DNA of 64,000 bases. It comes from Carcharhinus amblyrhynchos (taxonomy: Eukaryota). Every line of letters begins with the position of its first letter. Position 1 is the first letter of the stretch. Positions 37,500 to 51,733 of the stretch are shown piece after piece. The DNA lies in the NCBI GenBank assembly GCA_965287045.1, contig OZ336870.1:106578001-106642000 (forward strand), written 5' to 3'. The position numbers were made by a program, and so were the translations under genes. A model generated the notes under the pieces. It searched no databases, was not told where the DNA came from, and was given only the letters and a program-made list of their open reading frames with translations.

Positions 37500-40400
37500 G
37501 TCTAAGCTAGCACCCTCTCCCAATGGCCATTGCAGACATCCTGCTTCTCCATCTGTCCCCAGACACCACCACATCTAAGTGAATCCCCTCCTCATGAGGC
37601 TCCCACTGGGGCCCGCCCCTTGGTATAGATTGGCACTGTCAGATTGGCACGCCACTCCCCCGGCGAGGGGCCAGTAAGATCAGAACTCAGAAACTCTCCA
37701 GCGTGAATCACCCTCTCTGTATTCTGAGCACACATCACCAATCCCAAAAATGGAGAATGCGGACTCAAAATCACCCCTCCCCCCACCTCCCCGCCTTCTC
37801 CCTCCTAGCTGACAAATATGCCACATGACTGGAGGCAGTTGCTATTTGAGATCTGCATTTACCTCCATGTACCATGGATATGCATCTTTCAACCCATTCT
37901 TATTCACTCTGTGGTGTGGTGTTAGGGTGTTGGACTATCAGATCCAGCCCTTTACAGGCTCTTTTAAGAAAATTCACTCCTAAATGAACAAGAAACAAAA
38001 ATGCTCAATGTGAAAAATGAATAATTTTACGGACCATTTAGATAATGTTTTCCAAAATTTTAAATATTGTTGAATAAATATACAAATAAGTTTCTGATAT
38101 ACTGTAATAATAGCTTCTGATTTATTATACATTGTTAATAATGTTCATGCATTCTTTAAATCTGTTAATCAATTTGAAAAAAGTGAATCTTGCAGCAAGC
38201 TTACTGGATGCGGTTGTTGAGGCTCCAGTGATCTGAGGAGATTTAATGCACATTGGGGAGGTTCATGTAACAGAGCGATAAATTTAAGCTTTGCTATTTT
38301 GTATGGAGTGATTACTTTGATAATTTCCCACTGGATTGGAGTTGACTATACTGCATTTTTTCTACCTACTTTTCAAACATTCAGCCGATTTTGTGGATTC
38401 TGTATGTTGAATAATAGAAACATAGGAAATGAACTGTGAGGACTGTTCTACTTTTTAAGTTTTCCCCTATTAAAACTGTTTGATATTTTATAACCATCTC
38501 TTCAGGGAAGTGAACTTTGATATGGCAAAGAAGCTGCTTTTTTCTGAAAATCCCAATGCAGTAACATTAAGATGGTGTAGCTGTCCACTCTGCTCTGATC
38601 ATCTGTGTGTTATAACATGGCCACCAGTAATAATTATGAAAATAGTATGATTTAATGTATTGCTTTCTCAGAGAGTAGGTAAAAGTGACCTATTATGTTT
38701 GTAGATTTGCTTTAGGAGTCATATTACAAATTTGAATTCCTGGTGCAGAATCTCATCCATCAGGATCACGGGTGGGAATTTCCGTCCACATGCACCCCAA
38801 GAGCGTAAATTCCTGCCTGAGCTCAACGGACCTTTAAGATCCACCAAATTTTCTATCTCACCCATTATGATCCCCACAGCGGACAAGTTGGGAAACTTTC
38901 AGCCCATACATTGGGAATTTGGGTGCAGCCTAAACACACCCCTTGCATCCTCCAAAAATCAATGACCATCCATCTACCCATTAATTTTAGGAATAGGGCA
39001 ACAGGGGAGGGAAGTGAAAAGACAGAGATGGTCCATCAAATCTTTAAGTTGCTGAGATGCAGAATCTGGAAAAAAGTACCGGATGTGGCCTGAAACCATC
39101 CAAAGCATCCATCTATATGATTGTGGTGATTGTCCCTTTAAAGGCAACACAGCAGAGTAGGAGTCATATAGCCTGTGTGACTAATCAGGAGTCAGTGTGG
39201 CATCACCTCATGTGAGAGCGGCTTCAAGGCAAGGAAACATTTTTGGAATTATTTATAGTTATGAAGCTGTTCTACAATTCTCATTAACAAGTGTCTTTTA
39301 TGTTCATGAATGAAGTCTGTGAAAGTGCAACTTTGCAATGATTGGCCTTCTTTTCAGATTCTCCTAAACAATTTAATTTACCTTTCACCCTGGAACCTAC
39401 CTCTCTGTGGGTATGTGACTCTTTTGGATGCATGTGAGTTGAAGCATTTTAAATTATTTTTGATGGATCATGTGTTATATCATTTCCTTTTCTTTTGAAC
39501 TTCCGAGAAAATCTCAGGTGTGTGTGTGTAAGCATTTTATAGTCACTGCACTTAAACGCTTACTGAATTGTTTCTTTAAAAGAAACCTGGTTGCAATGAA
39601 CCCATGGTGGAAAGAGAGGGGAGTTAATCTACTACTCCTGGAACACTCCAAGAAGAAGTAGTCAATGCCTTGTTAATTTGCAGAACTTAAAATATACTAT
39701 TGTATACAATACAATTCTAAACTGGGATGGTTTAAATCAAACATACTGGTAACACAGCTGTTGGTTAGCATCCAAAACAGAATAGAGAATGAAAAACACT
39801 AATATTGAAATATATAGTAAATAATGCTTTATTTCTTGTTCTTTCTTTGTCTTCATATTATTACAAGTCATGTAATACATGCACATGTATTGTCTATATT
39901 TCTATTAGTTGCAATAATTGGTTGTAAGCCTTTTAGTTAGCAGTACTTTAAAAGACTTCTTGAGTATGCAAACCTTTTGGGAATATTGCCAACTTCATTA
40001 AAGGATACTTATTTCTAAATGAGAGTGAGTTTTCATTCATGTTAAATTGTCTCTCCTCTGGGTGCCCCAGCATATGCTTAGTGACCACTTTCAGTATTCT
40101 CAACGCAAGTTAAAGGACATTACAAAGAGGGCTATGTGGCATCATGCCTAAATTTACTGACCTTTTTGTTGGCCTGTGTTTTGTCACCTCTTCCTACACC
40201 CCGTGTAAGAGTGGCTTCAGAGTAACTTATTTATCAGGCAGCAAGTTTTATCTCAAAAGGCTGTACTGTTTGGTGAAGTCTCTTTGCATTCTTTTCACAA
40301 TAATGGAGTAGGAAGTTTCTGTGGCTCATTGCATACTTTATTCCCAATAATAGAAGCAATTTTGGCAACTCGGAAATGACTGAGGAGAACACATATTGTT

Positions 40401-43400
40401 CATAAGAACCGCAGGGGTGCATTTACTCTTTCCTACTGCACGTTTCATACTCTTTGTTGGTGAGCCAAGGCTGGGTTTATGGAGAGTAAATAGCTCCCAA
40501 ATCAACAACAGCTTTATAAGGAATGCCATTAGATGGATATGTACTCCATCTATGAAATGATTAATTCCATACTGTCACACAAAAGGCATGAAAATATGTG
40601 CTAATCTCTATTAAGTAGCTAATTTTATTGAAGGACCATTTCATACATGTTTGTTCAACAAAAGATTGCTACAATTGATTTAAGGAAAGCCTTGCATGGG
40701 AATTGCACAGATAAGCTTAAACAAACTTAAGAAGCTTTTACTGGATTCTGTGAACAACGTAGATGAAGCAAGTTTTCTGTATCAAAACCATAATTCTCAA
40801 GCTCAGTAGAAAGAGAGAGCAGGGATTGATAACTCATTATACAAAATGAAATCCTGTGATATATTATCAATATGCCTTTTCTTTTAACTGGGCTTTACAA
40901 TTTATACACAAAATAGCAACATGCAATTAGGCTTTACAATTTTGTAGAATGCAGTTTTACATGGTAAATATTTGGACTGTACCATACTTGAATGTGCAGT
41001 ATTATAACATAGTGCAGAGTTATGTAATATTTCAGTGCATCCTACCTAGCATTATCTCTGGTTGTAACATTTTTTGTAAGTATGTTTATTGGGCTTTACA
41101 ATATTTACACATGATTAGTTCGGGACATACCAAGTTTGACAGCATCAGCTCAAATGGAACAAGCATTTTGGCAATTGTGCATTATAATGGACCGTATTTT
41201 GGTGTTTTTTTGGACAAGCCCAGGCGATCCAACCAATATACAATAAGTAGTATCAATTCTGTGATCAAAGACATGAGGAATACTTAGTGGACTTCAAGTC
41301 ATGGTAAGAAACAGACAGGTTAAAAAATATTGTCATGACCAACCATTTTCTGACTTTAATGCTGGGAATGTGCAATGTTTTCTAATGTACTGAATTTATA
41401 TTTAATATGATCATTATGCTATTTTTCTTTGATAACTGCAAGTATTCCATAAATATAATTGTTGAGAATATTTAGATCATGACCATAATGCCTTTTTCTT
41501 AACCTTATCCAAATAAATCATGCTGCCTACGTAAAGTAACAGTCCTCTGTGCAATTTTACGTCCTGCACTAAATTCAATAATATTACAGGCAGTTAGGAA
41601 ATAATCCCATGAATAGCCATGTCAGCTGAGCAGGCGCACCTACAAAGCAGACAGCAGAAATCACTATTATACGAATTTGTTGCCATTAAATCAGTCAACC
41701 AATGGATAAGTGGACCAGGGCTAACTCAAACAAGCGGTTACATGCATTTTATAAATAAGTACATCCAAATAGGCCTGGAATTACTATATTTTTAAGGAAC
41801 CAAATATGGCTGGAAGAATCTTTGTATAATGCCAAGTAACAGCTCTATATTTCACAGATTATAGGTCTGAAGCTTCACGCAAGGACATCACTACATTCTG
41901 CAAACGTCACCAAAACTGAAAGACCATCATTAAAATTGAACTGATTGTAACAAATCATTGTTTCAGAGGCAAATCAACATGTCATATTTTAATTCTGTAG
42001 TTTTTGTAACTAATACAGGTTGGGTCATGGAGAATACTCTCAGTTCAAAACCTCTTTTCTCAAATTACCCAGTATCTTAAGATAATTCCCACAATGTCTT
42101 GTTTTATAAGTCAATATATAAAACATTAACAGTCTTTTTCAATATAAGAATGAAACTAAATTCAAGACCTCAGTCCACATACTATCCCCGTAACCAATTG
42201 CCTACGCTAAAAAGTGAATTTTCACAAATTAACTGAAACTAAAATATCATGGCTTTCTGCAGATATCAACTCAGATAAAATTAATTTCTGTCATTTTTCA
42301 AATGAATCTAATCAAATTAAATATAATGGAGCTATCAATCTCTCAACTTACTATGGTTGGCTCCTGTGTGATGGAACCATCTTCTAAAGCAGATTGTTCA
42401 AAGGATGATATCAAACTCTAGCAAGTTGATGCATGAAACTGAGACAACTCTGTGTAAATTTTGCTTACTTCTTGCTCATTCTCAGCCCTGTTTGAATTTT
42501 GTAGACATGGAGATTGGGAAAGGGATGATCTTAGTAATAATACTTCATTGATTGATAAAAGCCATGTTATAACAAAAATGCTTGGTTTTACTTATTTGTT
42601 CTTAAACCCCCTTCACATAGTGTAAACAAAAAACTGAAGTGACATTAAGAATGCTAGAACACATAAGAAGTGTGTGATAAATATATGAACATATTCCATC
42701 CTCATTAGCTAATTGCAGCAGAAAATGGTATATCACAAGCAAGCAAAATAAATTATGCTGAATATAAATGTAACCATTAATGTCAGCAAAAAGTAATTGG
42801 TTAAGAAAGTAAAAAATAGTTTGATCATGGCTCACAATAAAATTAGCAGCTTTGATGGCCAAAGAAAGTCTATCAAAAAGACATGTTTCCTCTAAATTGT
42901 GGTTCTGAAAGTGTGCCATGTGGGTTTTTCGTGGTTCTCCGATTTATTTGGCATTTTCTTGAAAGCCTACTCCTCCGCTTTGGAAAATGGTGAAAAGCTT
43001 CTGAGCTACCCTTTGAATTCAGAAGACTGCTTGTTACTTTAAAAAGATTTAATTAGGAAGATAAAGTTATTTGATGCCCTATTATGGCTTTGGAAGATGA
43101 TAAAAGCCATTGGATAGTTCCAAACATTTTAGTGAATGCAGACTCTGACTAATAAGTTTCTGAGCTTGGCTTTTGGTTAAAAAAATGAATATCGTTGACT
43201 TGAGAATTATAAACAGGCGGTCTGGGTTTTCTGTGGAAGGGGATTGAAATTCAGGGTCTGGATCGTAACAATGTAATGCTTGTCAGTATCCAATAATCTT
43301 CCTGCTAAAATAGGTTAGCCAGCAGCTTGAGTAAATCTGTATGATTTCATAGCTTATTGAACAGTGACCTTAACAGATGAATTTGATCCATCTGTCAAGA

Positions 43401-45413
43401 TAGAGGAAATAGGCTGCACAGGTGAAGTAAAGCTAAACCAGATGACAATACCTGACAAGATAATGATGTCTGGTGGCACTGCATTTGGTGGGAGCCTTTA
43501 ACATTCATACAGGTTCCATTGCCAGATTCTACTTCTAAGTCTGTACTTCAGGAAAGTACAGGGAGAAGGTGAATTGCCCATAAGAACCAGGGCAGACACG
43601 CTGGGCCAAATAGTCTCCTCCTGCACTGCAACAATTCCATGATAGAGGCACACAACACAAAGGCAGATTCTTCGGCCCACCATGCTATAAAAACAATCAA
43701 ATACCAATCTAGACTAATCCCATTTACCAGCACTTGGTCTATAGCCATATATGTCTTGGCGAAATAGGAGTAGAAGCTGATGGTTTTGGTCCAATGACCT
43801 CTGGGTTATTGGCTCAGCACACTTCTGCTGCACCACTCTGTTACTGATCTTTTATGTACCAATTTTTAAAGTATGTTTTACCCATCTTTAACTGTGCATT
43901 ATATCGCAGTTGACAAGTGACCTACTTCCAAGTTATTGTCAATGCCCCCCACAGAAGTGATTGCTCAAAAATAATTGTATGATAGCACTGAGTGTTGATT
44001 TGCCCTCTAAGTTTCCATTATTTCCTGTCAGGAAGTATTTATCCTTTGCATACTGCCTTCCTTAATTCCATATTCCAATCAGTCACAATTGGAACAGCAT
44101 CTCTACCAGTGGAACAGGAAGAGGAAACTGCAACTCAGGAATGCAAAGGTGGATAGTATGCAGCACATAGTCTCCCAGGCAGTAGGTGTGTCCCAACTGA
44201 ATCAGCCAAACAAACAGCAACAAGGATGTTCATTCTTAACAATAAAGCGGAACATCAGGTGTGTCACCTGAATCATAAAATCCTAGATGTCAATTTTAAC
44301 TGATCCCATTGAGTGGGAAAAGCACAACATTGAGCCAACCACCCATTTTACATTCCTGCCACATTTTGTTTCTCTGGTGTCTGGTACAGTTGGCATTCCA
44401 CTGACTTCTCCTTGCTTTGTGAAGGGATCAGATGGTGCATTGCAGGTACATACCCACACTGACGATCTGGGATTACATATTGGCAGGACAGACTGTTAAA
44501 AAATTGTTTAGAATAAGCCCATGTTGTTACAACACGTTGTACAAAATATAACAGATTAAGCACGGTACATATCATTAGTTGTGTGCTGTCTTTTAGTCTT
44601 CACATGGTTTCTCAGTCAGTTGGTTAAGGTTTGGGGATCTACCACTTGCTGCATGTTGTGTCCCCCAGTATGGCTACTTTTGCCTTAAGACATGAGATCA
44701 GTGGGAATTCATGCACAACAAATAGAAATTGTTTCCAGCATGTATTCTGTCTGCCATAATGGCGTGTATTATATAGGTTGCATAATCCATAAGTTTTACA
44801 TTTGTTATCTTAATCTCTTAAGAACTAAGCTACATGATAGCAACATTGTCCAACATGGCTGTGTTATGCTGATGATTCAAGGCTCCATTCCTGTTTAGTG
44901 CCTCTGACTACAAAAGAGCTGCATTTCTAACCCAATCCAGAAGCATTTGGAACATAGATGGCAGCATGGTTAGCGGGACCCAACATCCTATTTTCGCTGT
45001 TTGTTTTATGTAATTTGATGTAGCTACATGCCCAGTTTACAATGTTTGACGTGCTGCTCTGGGCAATTGGAGGAAGGAATAAGCCCACTAATAGTAATGC
45101 TCAATCCTAGCTTAATTGTTCAAATCAGCACGCTTGTCGAATGATGAAACTTCAGGCAAGGTTTAGCCATCTGACCGATGTACAAAGAGTTCATTGAAAT
45201 TCTTCGGGTTAAGTAGATTTTGAGTGGACTCGGCTTCTTAAAGGCAGATTGTTGTTTTATTTGGTAAGGAAATGCCTCCCCCCTCCCCCCATACAGGTTT
45301 TTAAAGTTCAACTCCATTTCAGTGCCTTTTGTTATACGCTTTAATTTTTTTTTGCTGTCATGTTTGCATTTTTGTTTTTTATTTCTGCCAGAACTTAAGA
45401 TCATAAGAAATTT

Positions 45414-46297
45414 GAGGAGGCAATTTTCTGACCTTGCTGCATCCAGTGCAGATTGTGCCAATCCCGGAGCATAGCACACAGGCCTAAAAATCAGTTTCTC
45501 ATCTGGTGCCAAACAGTTTGCAGTCACCCCAGTCCCTTTCTAATGGTGCAAACCGATTGTGCCCAGAAAGGGCACGAGGCTGATTAGCATATTTAAATTA
45601 GCAGCTAAATATGCCAGGCCCATTCAATGCTGGATTCTCCCAGCTCCCGGGACCTTCTGGCCTGTGGGAGCGAGAATGGCCATTAATCTGTACTGGTCTC
45701 CACTAGCAGAATCCTGGCACTATGCCACTCTGGGTGGCTCGGGGGCCATTAAAGCCCATGGGTAGTTGTGGACATAGCCAGGCAGTGCCCACTGGACAAT
45801 GCCCATTTGGCATCTTGGCAGTGCCAGTTGGATACTGCCAGGGTAGTGCCAAGGAGGTGGGACCTGAACAGAGACTATGATGGGGGGTTGTGCAGGAGTG
45901 TGGCATGATGGGAGGGCATGTCTGGGGTCATGATGGGTTGAGGGCATGTTGGGGGTCAAGCAGGGGGATCCATTGGGAAGACCCCAATGACAGTGATCAA
46001 TGATTTGAAGGGAGTGGGAGAACATGCCTCTGAAGGGGGGAGAGATCCTGAATATCTGTTCATGGGGGAGAAGGAGTGGGTCTCCCAGTGCACTGAGAGA
46101 TCAAAGTGCCCTTGCAAAACAGCGCCTTAGGGCTCTGCAGCTGGGCTCACTGGTGTATTTAGTTCCCACCACCCCCAGTAGTGGCATGCAAAGAGTGACA
46201 GAGTGTGGGAGGATTGCAGTGTGGAGTGCAGCTGACGGACTGTCGTGCAATACTCCGGCATTCTCGTCATTATGATCGGGGGAAAATTCCACCCTCT
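45414..46297. mobile_element. GC-rich non-autonomous DNA transposon (Harbinger-like MITE)
   Basis: Imperfect TIRs GAGGAGGCAATTTTC / GAAAATTCCACCCTC, internal TGGCA(G/C)TGCC repeats and an ATTTAAAT motif. Confidence 0.55.
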
Positions 46298-46499
46298 AGT
46301 TCACAATTCTTGGTCATCGCTGACATTTCCGTCATGCAGTGTAAAGTGCTGAGTGGGATATTCCTCTCAGGATTTTAATTGCACTGCTGCAGAAGAAAAG
46401 GTTAATGAGGTAACACCTGAGGTGTTTGCCCACACCTGTCATTGTCATGTGGTCTGCATTTATAGATAGTTTCATAAGTATTTGGACAACTGGATATAT

Positions 46500-46718
46500 C
46501 TTTATTGCCAGTTTTATAAAGACAGGTTGCACCATCTGCTGCAGGGTGGGTGGCCTGTAGACAGCAAGGACAACGGAAATAGCCATTCCATAATATTGAT
46601 GGTTAACACACTAAGAAGCTTTCTTGCTATGAGAAATTTCCAGGCTACCACAGCTAGTATCTGTCACATCAGGCAGTCTGCAGTCCACACATGCAGTTAG
46701 CAAATGACGAAAGCTGTG
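46500..46718 (+). pseudogene. Second fossil PIF/Harbinger transposase fragment
   Basis: LHHLLQ...LRSFLAMRNFQATTASICHIRQSAVHTCS*QMTKA matches the Harbinger HTH segment (ALxFFAxGSFQxxxxDxxxISQSxVHxCIxxVTxAL). Confidence 0.6.
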
Positions 46719-46719
46719 G

Positions 46720-47757
46720 TGACATTTCTCCCAGCCCGCTGCGCTAGAGACATCAATGGAAGCCGTGTAGCAGACTTCCCGTTAGGCAGCACGGCCTCTG
46801 CGTGTCTCTGGCCACCAGATTTCTGGCATCATCAGCTCTGCGCCAGAAAACGGCGCGATGCTGAATAAATTATGTAATTTATAAATAATGTAAATCGCAA
46901 TTTCCAACTGATTTAGTAGGCCCAGGACTGAAGTTTTTGGGCCCCCTGGCCCCTCTCTCCCACCCCACACCAACCCCCCAACTCCACCACCCCCCTCCGC
47001 ACCCCCAACCAGGAGTATTTCACTCCGGCAGGGTTTACAACATCCCTTTTTCCAGAAGCTGGCAGCCCGACACTGCTGGGCTGAAGGGGGCCATGGAGGT
47101 CCAGGAGTAAAGGGGAGTGACCCCTGAACATTGCAAGCTTGGCAGTGCCAACCTGACCCCCTGGCACTGCCCAAGAGGCAAAGTGGCAATGCACAGGGGA
47201 CACCTTGGCACTGCCCACCATGCATCAGGCAATGCTAAGGGGGCGGGGTCTCTAAGGGTGATGGATGGGGATTGTAGGCAGAGGGAGGGGGGACAGTGAT
47301 CGGGCCTGGCCGTTGGGGTGGAGGGGTGGTTGGCTTGTCGCGGATGGGGGTGAATCACGATCTGGACTGCGGGATGGGGGAGGGACTGCCAGGGAGAGGG
47401 GTGCAAAGTGGGTAGGATGGTGTGAGGGCTGGCCCAGGGACATTCAGGGGATGGAGGAATCGGAGGGTCAGTGGTTTGGGGTCGTGGGGCTGGCCTATAA
47501 TCAGCAGGCTGGCAGTGTGGGGCCACTGTGCATGCGATAATCTTGGCGCTGACAGATAGGTGCATGCACAGTGGCTTGTTCAGTGCTGTGCTGCTGGCCT
47601 CTCCAGTAGGAATAGACTCCACCCCCTGGTTTTCAGCGTTATTCACGCTCGGGCACTCTTGTGATGTGCGACTGTGGGAGATTCATTTTGAAATTCCCAC
47701 TGAAAAACTCCAGTTTTTACATGAATTCGGTTCTTAGAATTTTTTTGACAGAATTCT
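46720..47757. mobile_element. GC-rich non-autonomous DNA transposon (Harbinger-like MITE)
   Basis: Termini ATTTCTCCC / AGAATTCT and internal TTGGCAGTGCC / TGGCACTGCC repeats shared with the 45414 element. Confidence 0.5.
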
Positions 47758-49426
47758 CTGTTTGCAAACACCAAACCTTTATCATTTTCTTTGTGAAAAG
47801 AAGATGTCAGTCAGTAAGACAGTAACAATCCCTCACATTCAAGACATGGCTTTCATCCACACACTAAATGGCATCTAAGTATCAGGCATTCCATACCGGA
47901 AGAAAACATTTTTATTAATTTTGGCAACAGAAATAAGCTATTAAATCAATAAATAGGAAAAAAAGCCCCAATTTTTGCAAATGGAAAAAATGGGGTTAAA
48001 TTAGCCCATGGCACATATTTATCTGCATCAAAAGCTCAGAGAGGGAACTGGAGTTTGCATCAAGGATCCTTTTCGTTAATTTGATGAGATTACTGGTACT
48101 GGAAAACTGGTGCAGAGAGATTTCCCTATAATAAATGTGGTGAATTTTCCAGTGCCCTGAACATTCGACCGTCCATTGAGGACAAGTACCACGCTTTAGA
48201 ATTATCAACTTGTCTGCCTGTAAAACAGCTACAGAAGTTTGCTTATTCAACCCTAAGGAAATTGAAGATTGATCTTGTCATGTCGCTGAAGGGGCGAGAG
48301 CAACCTTCTCATTTTTTTTAAACTCTGGGTTCTCAACAACAGATCTCAGTGGTCACCCAGTGGAGCAGATCCCAATAATGTAGGTCTCCTCAGCCAGAGA
48401 TTAAATTTTCCAGTATTACCAACAAGTTTAAGCATAAATCAGAAGTATTTTGCAAATTAATGTACCCAGCACACAACTTCTTAAGTTCTTTCTTCTCCTT
48501 TTAAAAGTTTAAAAGTCTTGCAGGATCTGTGTCCTTTTGAATACTACTTCAGTCCAATCTTTAGGTCTTTCAATCGAGTCAGCATCGCTTAATTTATTTC
48601 AGTTCGACTTCAAGCGCTTGAAAGGAGACAACAGTAAAGGTAATGAGGCTATAAAACTGCCACAGTACTGAAAATAGTTTTGTTGCTAACTCCACAGATG
48701 TATTATATTTAGAAAAATAACAGGCCAATATTGGTTTCTTTCTGTGTAATTAGGTATTATGTATCAGCAAATGTTGACAGAATGTTGCCAGAAGCAATTT
48801 TTGAAAATGCTGAAGTTCATCTGGGAATAATAATAAATATTAAATTTGGTTATTTTAAAGTTGAAGGTGAACGGATGCAAGAACTCGAGTATTTCAGCTC
48901 TGTGAAGTTTACTTGCATATTTGAATTCTATAATAAATGCCTAACGGAAGTCCACAGGGCAAGACAAAACTAGTGTGACAAAATGAAGCATTTTTCTGAT
49001 CCACGATGTAAAATGGTATTAGCTTCTTTATTTCTGTGATTGTATACAGCAGCTAAGAACAGCTTCACTCAAAGAAATGTATATCAGGGCCAGAATTGTC
49101 TGCTTGCCTCACCCCGAACAGGTTCTGGGGCAAGGGTGGGGGAGGAGCATGAAATTGCATAGACAAGATTCCCTCCTGGTTCCCATCAGCTCTGACCTTG
49201 CAGTGATTTTACACTGGGGCGGGCAGGGCACGGGACACGGAGCCCACCCTTGCCCCAATTAAGACCCTTAAGCGGCCACTTAAATGCTGTTTTCTGGCCA
49301 GCCACAATTTTTAGCTGGAGGGTGGATGACAGCTCAGCAGGGGAAACCCAGGAATGAAGACAGTTAGACCTCGGAGGGAGAGGGGCACATCAGAAACCCC
49401 TTTCGACTGGAGGTTTCCTACCTTAA

Positions 49427-49715
49427 GAATCATTGTATCCTACTGTGCAGAAGGAGGCCATTTGGCCCATCAGGTCTGCACCAATCACAATCCCATCCAG
49501 GCCCTACTCCATAATCCCATGCGTTTACCCTAGCCAGTCCCTCTAATGCTAAGGGGCAATTAAGCATGCCCAATCCACCTAACCCACACATCTTTGGACT
49601 GTGGGAGGAAACCAGAGCATTTGGAGGAAACCGATGCAGACATGGGGAAAACTCCACACAGTGACCTAAGCTGGGAATCAAACCCAGGTCCCTGGCGTTG
49701 TGAGGCACCATGCCA
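49427..49715 (-). mobile_element. HE1-type SINE nested in a MITE (~49087-50052)
   Basis: GAATCATTGTATCCTACTGTGCAGAAGGAGGCCATTTGGCCCATC...GGGAATCAAACCCAGGTCCCTGGCGTTGTGAGGCA; the host MITE starts GGGCCAGAATT. Confidence 0.8.
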
Positions 49716-50188
49716 CCCCATGCCCCTCAACCGACCTATCCTCCAAGATCCTGCCCCTCACCTCCAGACCTTCCCTATCCACCCCACCCAGACCTCCAAC
49801 ACTAATCTTTTATCTGGTTCCCAGGATTTCAGCTCAAGAAGCTTCATGCAGTGCCTCCTCTAGCCAGTCCACTCTGGCGCTGGCAACTCTCCAAGACAGA
49901 ATTTACCCAGTGTGAGGGGCTGAAGTCCCACCTTATGTCAATCATAATCACTCCTTAGAGTGTAATATAACAGCGGGACTGTAGAACCAGGCAGGGATGT
50001 ATTACCTGCTGATTCCTCAGATTTCGCCATCTTAAAAGTTCAGGCCCAGAATTTTTCTTAATAAAGAGAGTACAGATTTTACTTGTTGCCATATATTCAG
50101 AGGGCACAGGGCATTGACGCACTCAAATTATTTAAAAAGGTACTCTGCAGGGTCAAGGCGCTGCCTGGCCAAAGTTTGACAACACATT

Positions 50189-51024
50189 GGGCCTGATTTT
50201 ACTATTTTAATTCTAAGCGCTGGGCGGACTTGAATCTGTGAGTGTTTCAGATCCAACTTTTAGATCTATTCTCAAGTGCCTGGAAAAAAAAATCAGCGAC
50301 TCCGAATCCTGTGGGCATATCGTGCCCAAAATACTGTTGCTCAGATTGGAGTATTTAACTGCGCGTGCCCAGTAAAGAAAATTGAAAAACAATCCCCTGC
50401 CATGTTGCTCCCAGGCCGGGTGATGCCTCCCCACTGGCCCCCACAGACAGTGCCCCACCCCCACAACATAACTGTCTCCCTTATGCCTTCACCTGCCTGC
50501 TATCCGATCGTGGACCCCTGCCCCCTTTCCCCCTACCCAACAATCGCACCCAAAGTGGCAGCAGATCACCCCCACTGATTGCACTGAGTGGCAGCAGACC
50601 CCCACCCTTGCCAAACACAAGCAAATTGGCAGCAGACTCCCCCCTCCCCACCAGAGAGCCATCTGACATGCTCCCCACTACCGACCTGAGTCAGAAAGCT
50701 GCTGGAAGCTCTGAACTTACCTCGTCAGAAGCTGAAGTGTCCAAATCGGACCTTAGTGGACAATGTCTGTTTCATGCCAAACCTGGACGGGCAAACGCGG
50801 TAGTAAAGGGTGAAATACCAGTAAGTTTGGGCATGCAGCCCATTAAGTTAATTTAAATGTATGCAAATGCATTTAAATTGATGTCACACCCATTTTGGGC
50901 ATGGTGCTGGTGGCGGCCATTTTAGGCCCTTTGTAAAGGGCAGATTGCGCTACTTACCTCACGCCCGACTTTACCATGTTTTTGCGCCCGAAAACAGGTG
51001 CAACTTGATGGTAAAACCGGATCC
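50189..51024. mobile_element. Non-autonomous DNA transposon with TIRs (Harbinger-like)
   Basis: GGGCCTGATTTTACTAT ... ATGGTAAAACCGGATCC imperfect TIRs and a CpG-containing, GC-rich body. Confidence 0.6.
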
Positions 51025-51360
51025 ATTGTCTCAAATGATACCCAACCAGTAAGACTGTCCGCCCCTCCCACTTGGAATTAATCGGATGGAGGAAAGAAGG
51101 CAGAGGTGGCCCTACCCTACACCTTCTCATCTGATGAAATGCCCACTCTCTCCCCACTTCCAAACTCACATCTGAAGTATGCATGTGTAAGGGGAGGGGG
51201 ATTAAATTCTGTCATTTGGGTACAGATATTTCTCCTCATCTCATTCTAAACAACGACCCCCCCCCCCCCCCCACCCCCGACCTTCCACCACTTTTACCCT
51301 ACCCCTCCTCATCATGTTAATGATGTGCCCACTGTGATGTCCACAGCTGAAAAAAAGGAG

Positions 51361-51733
51361 GCAGGGGGCCAGCGGTATTGTCCCTGGACTAGTAATCCAG
51401 AGACTCTGGGTAATGCTCTAGAGACCTGGGTTCAAATCCCATCATGGCAGATGGTGAAATTTGAATTCAATTTAATAAAAAGAACTAAAAGTCTACTGAT
51501 GACCATGAAATCATTGTCAATTGTTGTAAAAACCCATCTGGTTCATTGATGCCCTTTAGAGAAGGAAATCTGCCATTCTTACCTGGTCTGGCCTACATAT
51601 GGCTCCAGATCTACAGCAATGTGGTTGACTCTTAAAAATGTCGCCTGAAACGGTTTAGCAAGGACAATTAGGAATGGACAATAAATGCTGGCCCAGCCAG
51701 TGGTGCCCACATCTCCTGAACAAATACAAAAAA
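51361..51733 (+). mobile_element. Second tRNA-derived SINE family sharing the RTE-X-like LINE 3' tail
   Basis: tRNA-like head (GGACTAGTAATCCAGAG...GGGTTCAAATCCC B box) and tail GGACAATTAGGAATGGACAATAAATGCTGGCC...GCCCACATC, as in the LINE ends at ~17570, ~24462 and ~60915. Confidence 0.75.

Noticed and set aside
47035-47646. Longest ORF in the track (203 aa, Pro-rich) and overlapping ORFs
   Set aside because: It lies in a GC-skewed MITE where stops are rare, and has no domain similarity.
51257-51279. Poly-C tract / G-quadruplex potential
   Set aside because: Simple homopolymer within MITE-like sequence, and its length is unreliable.
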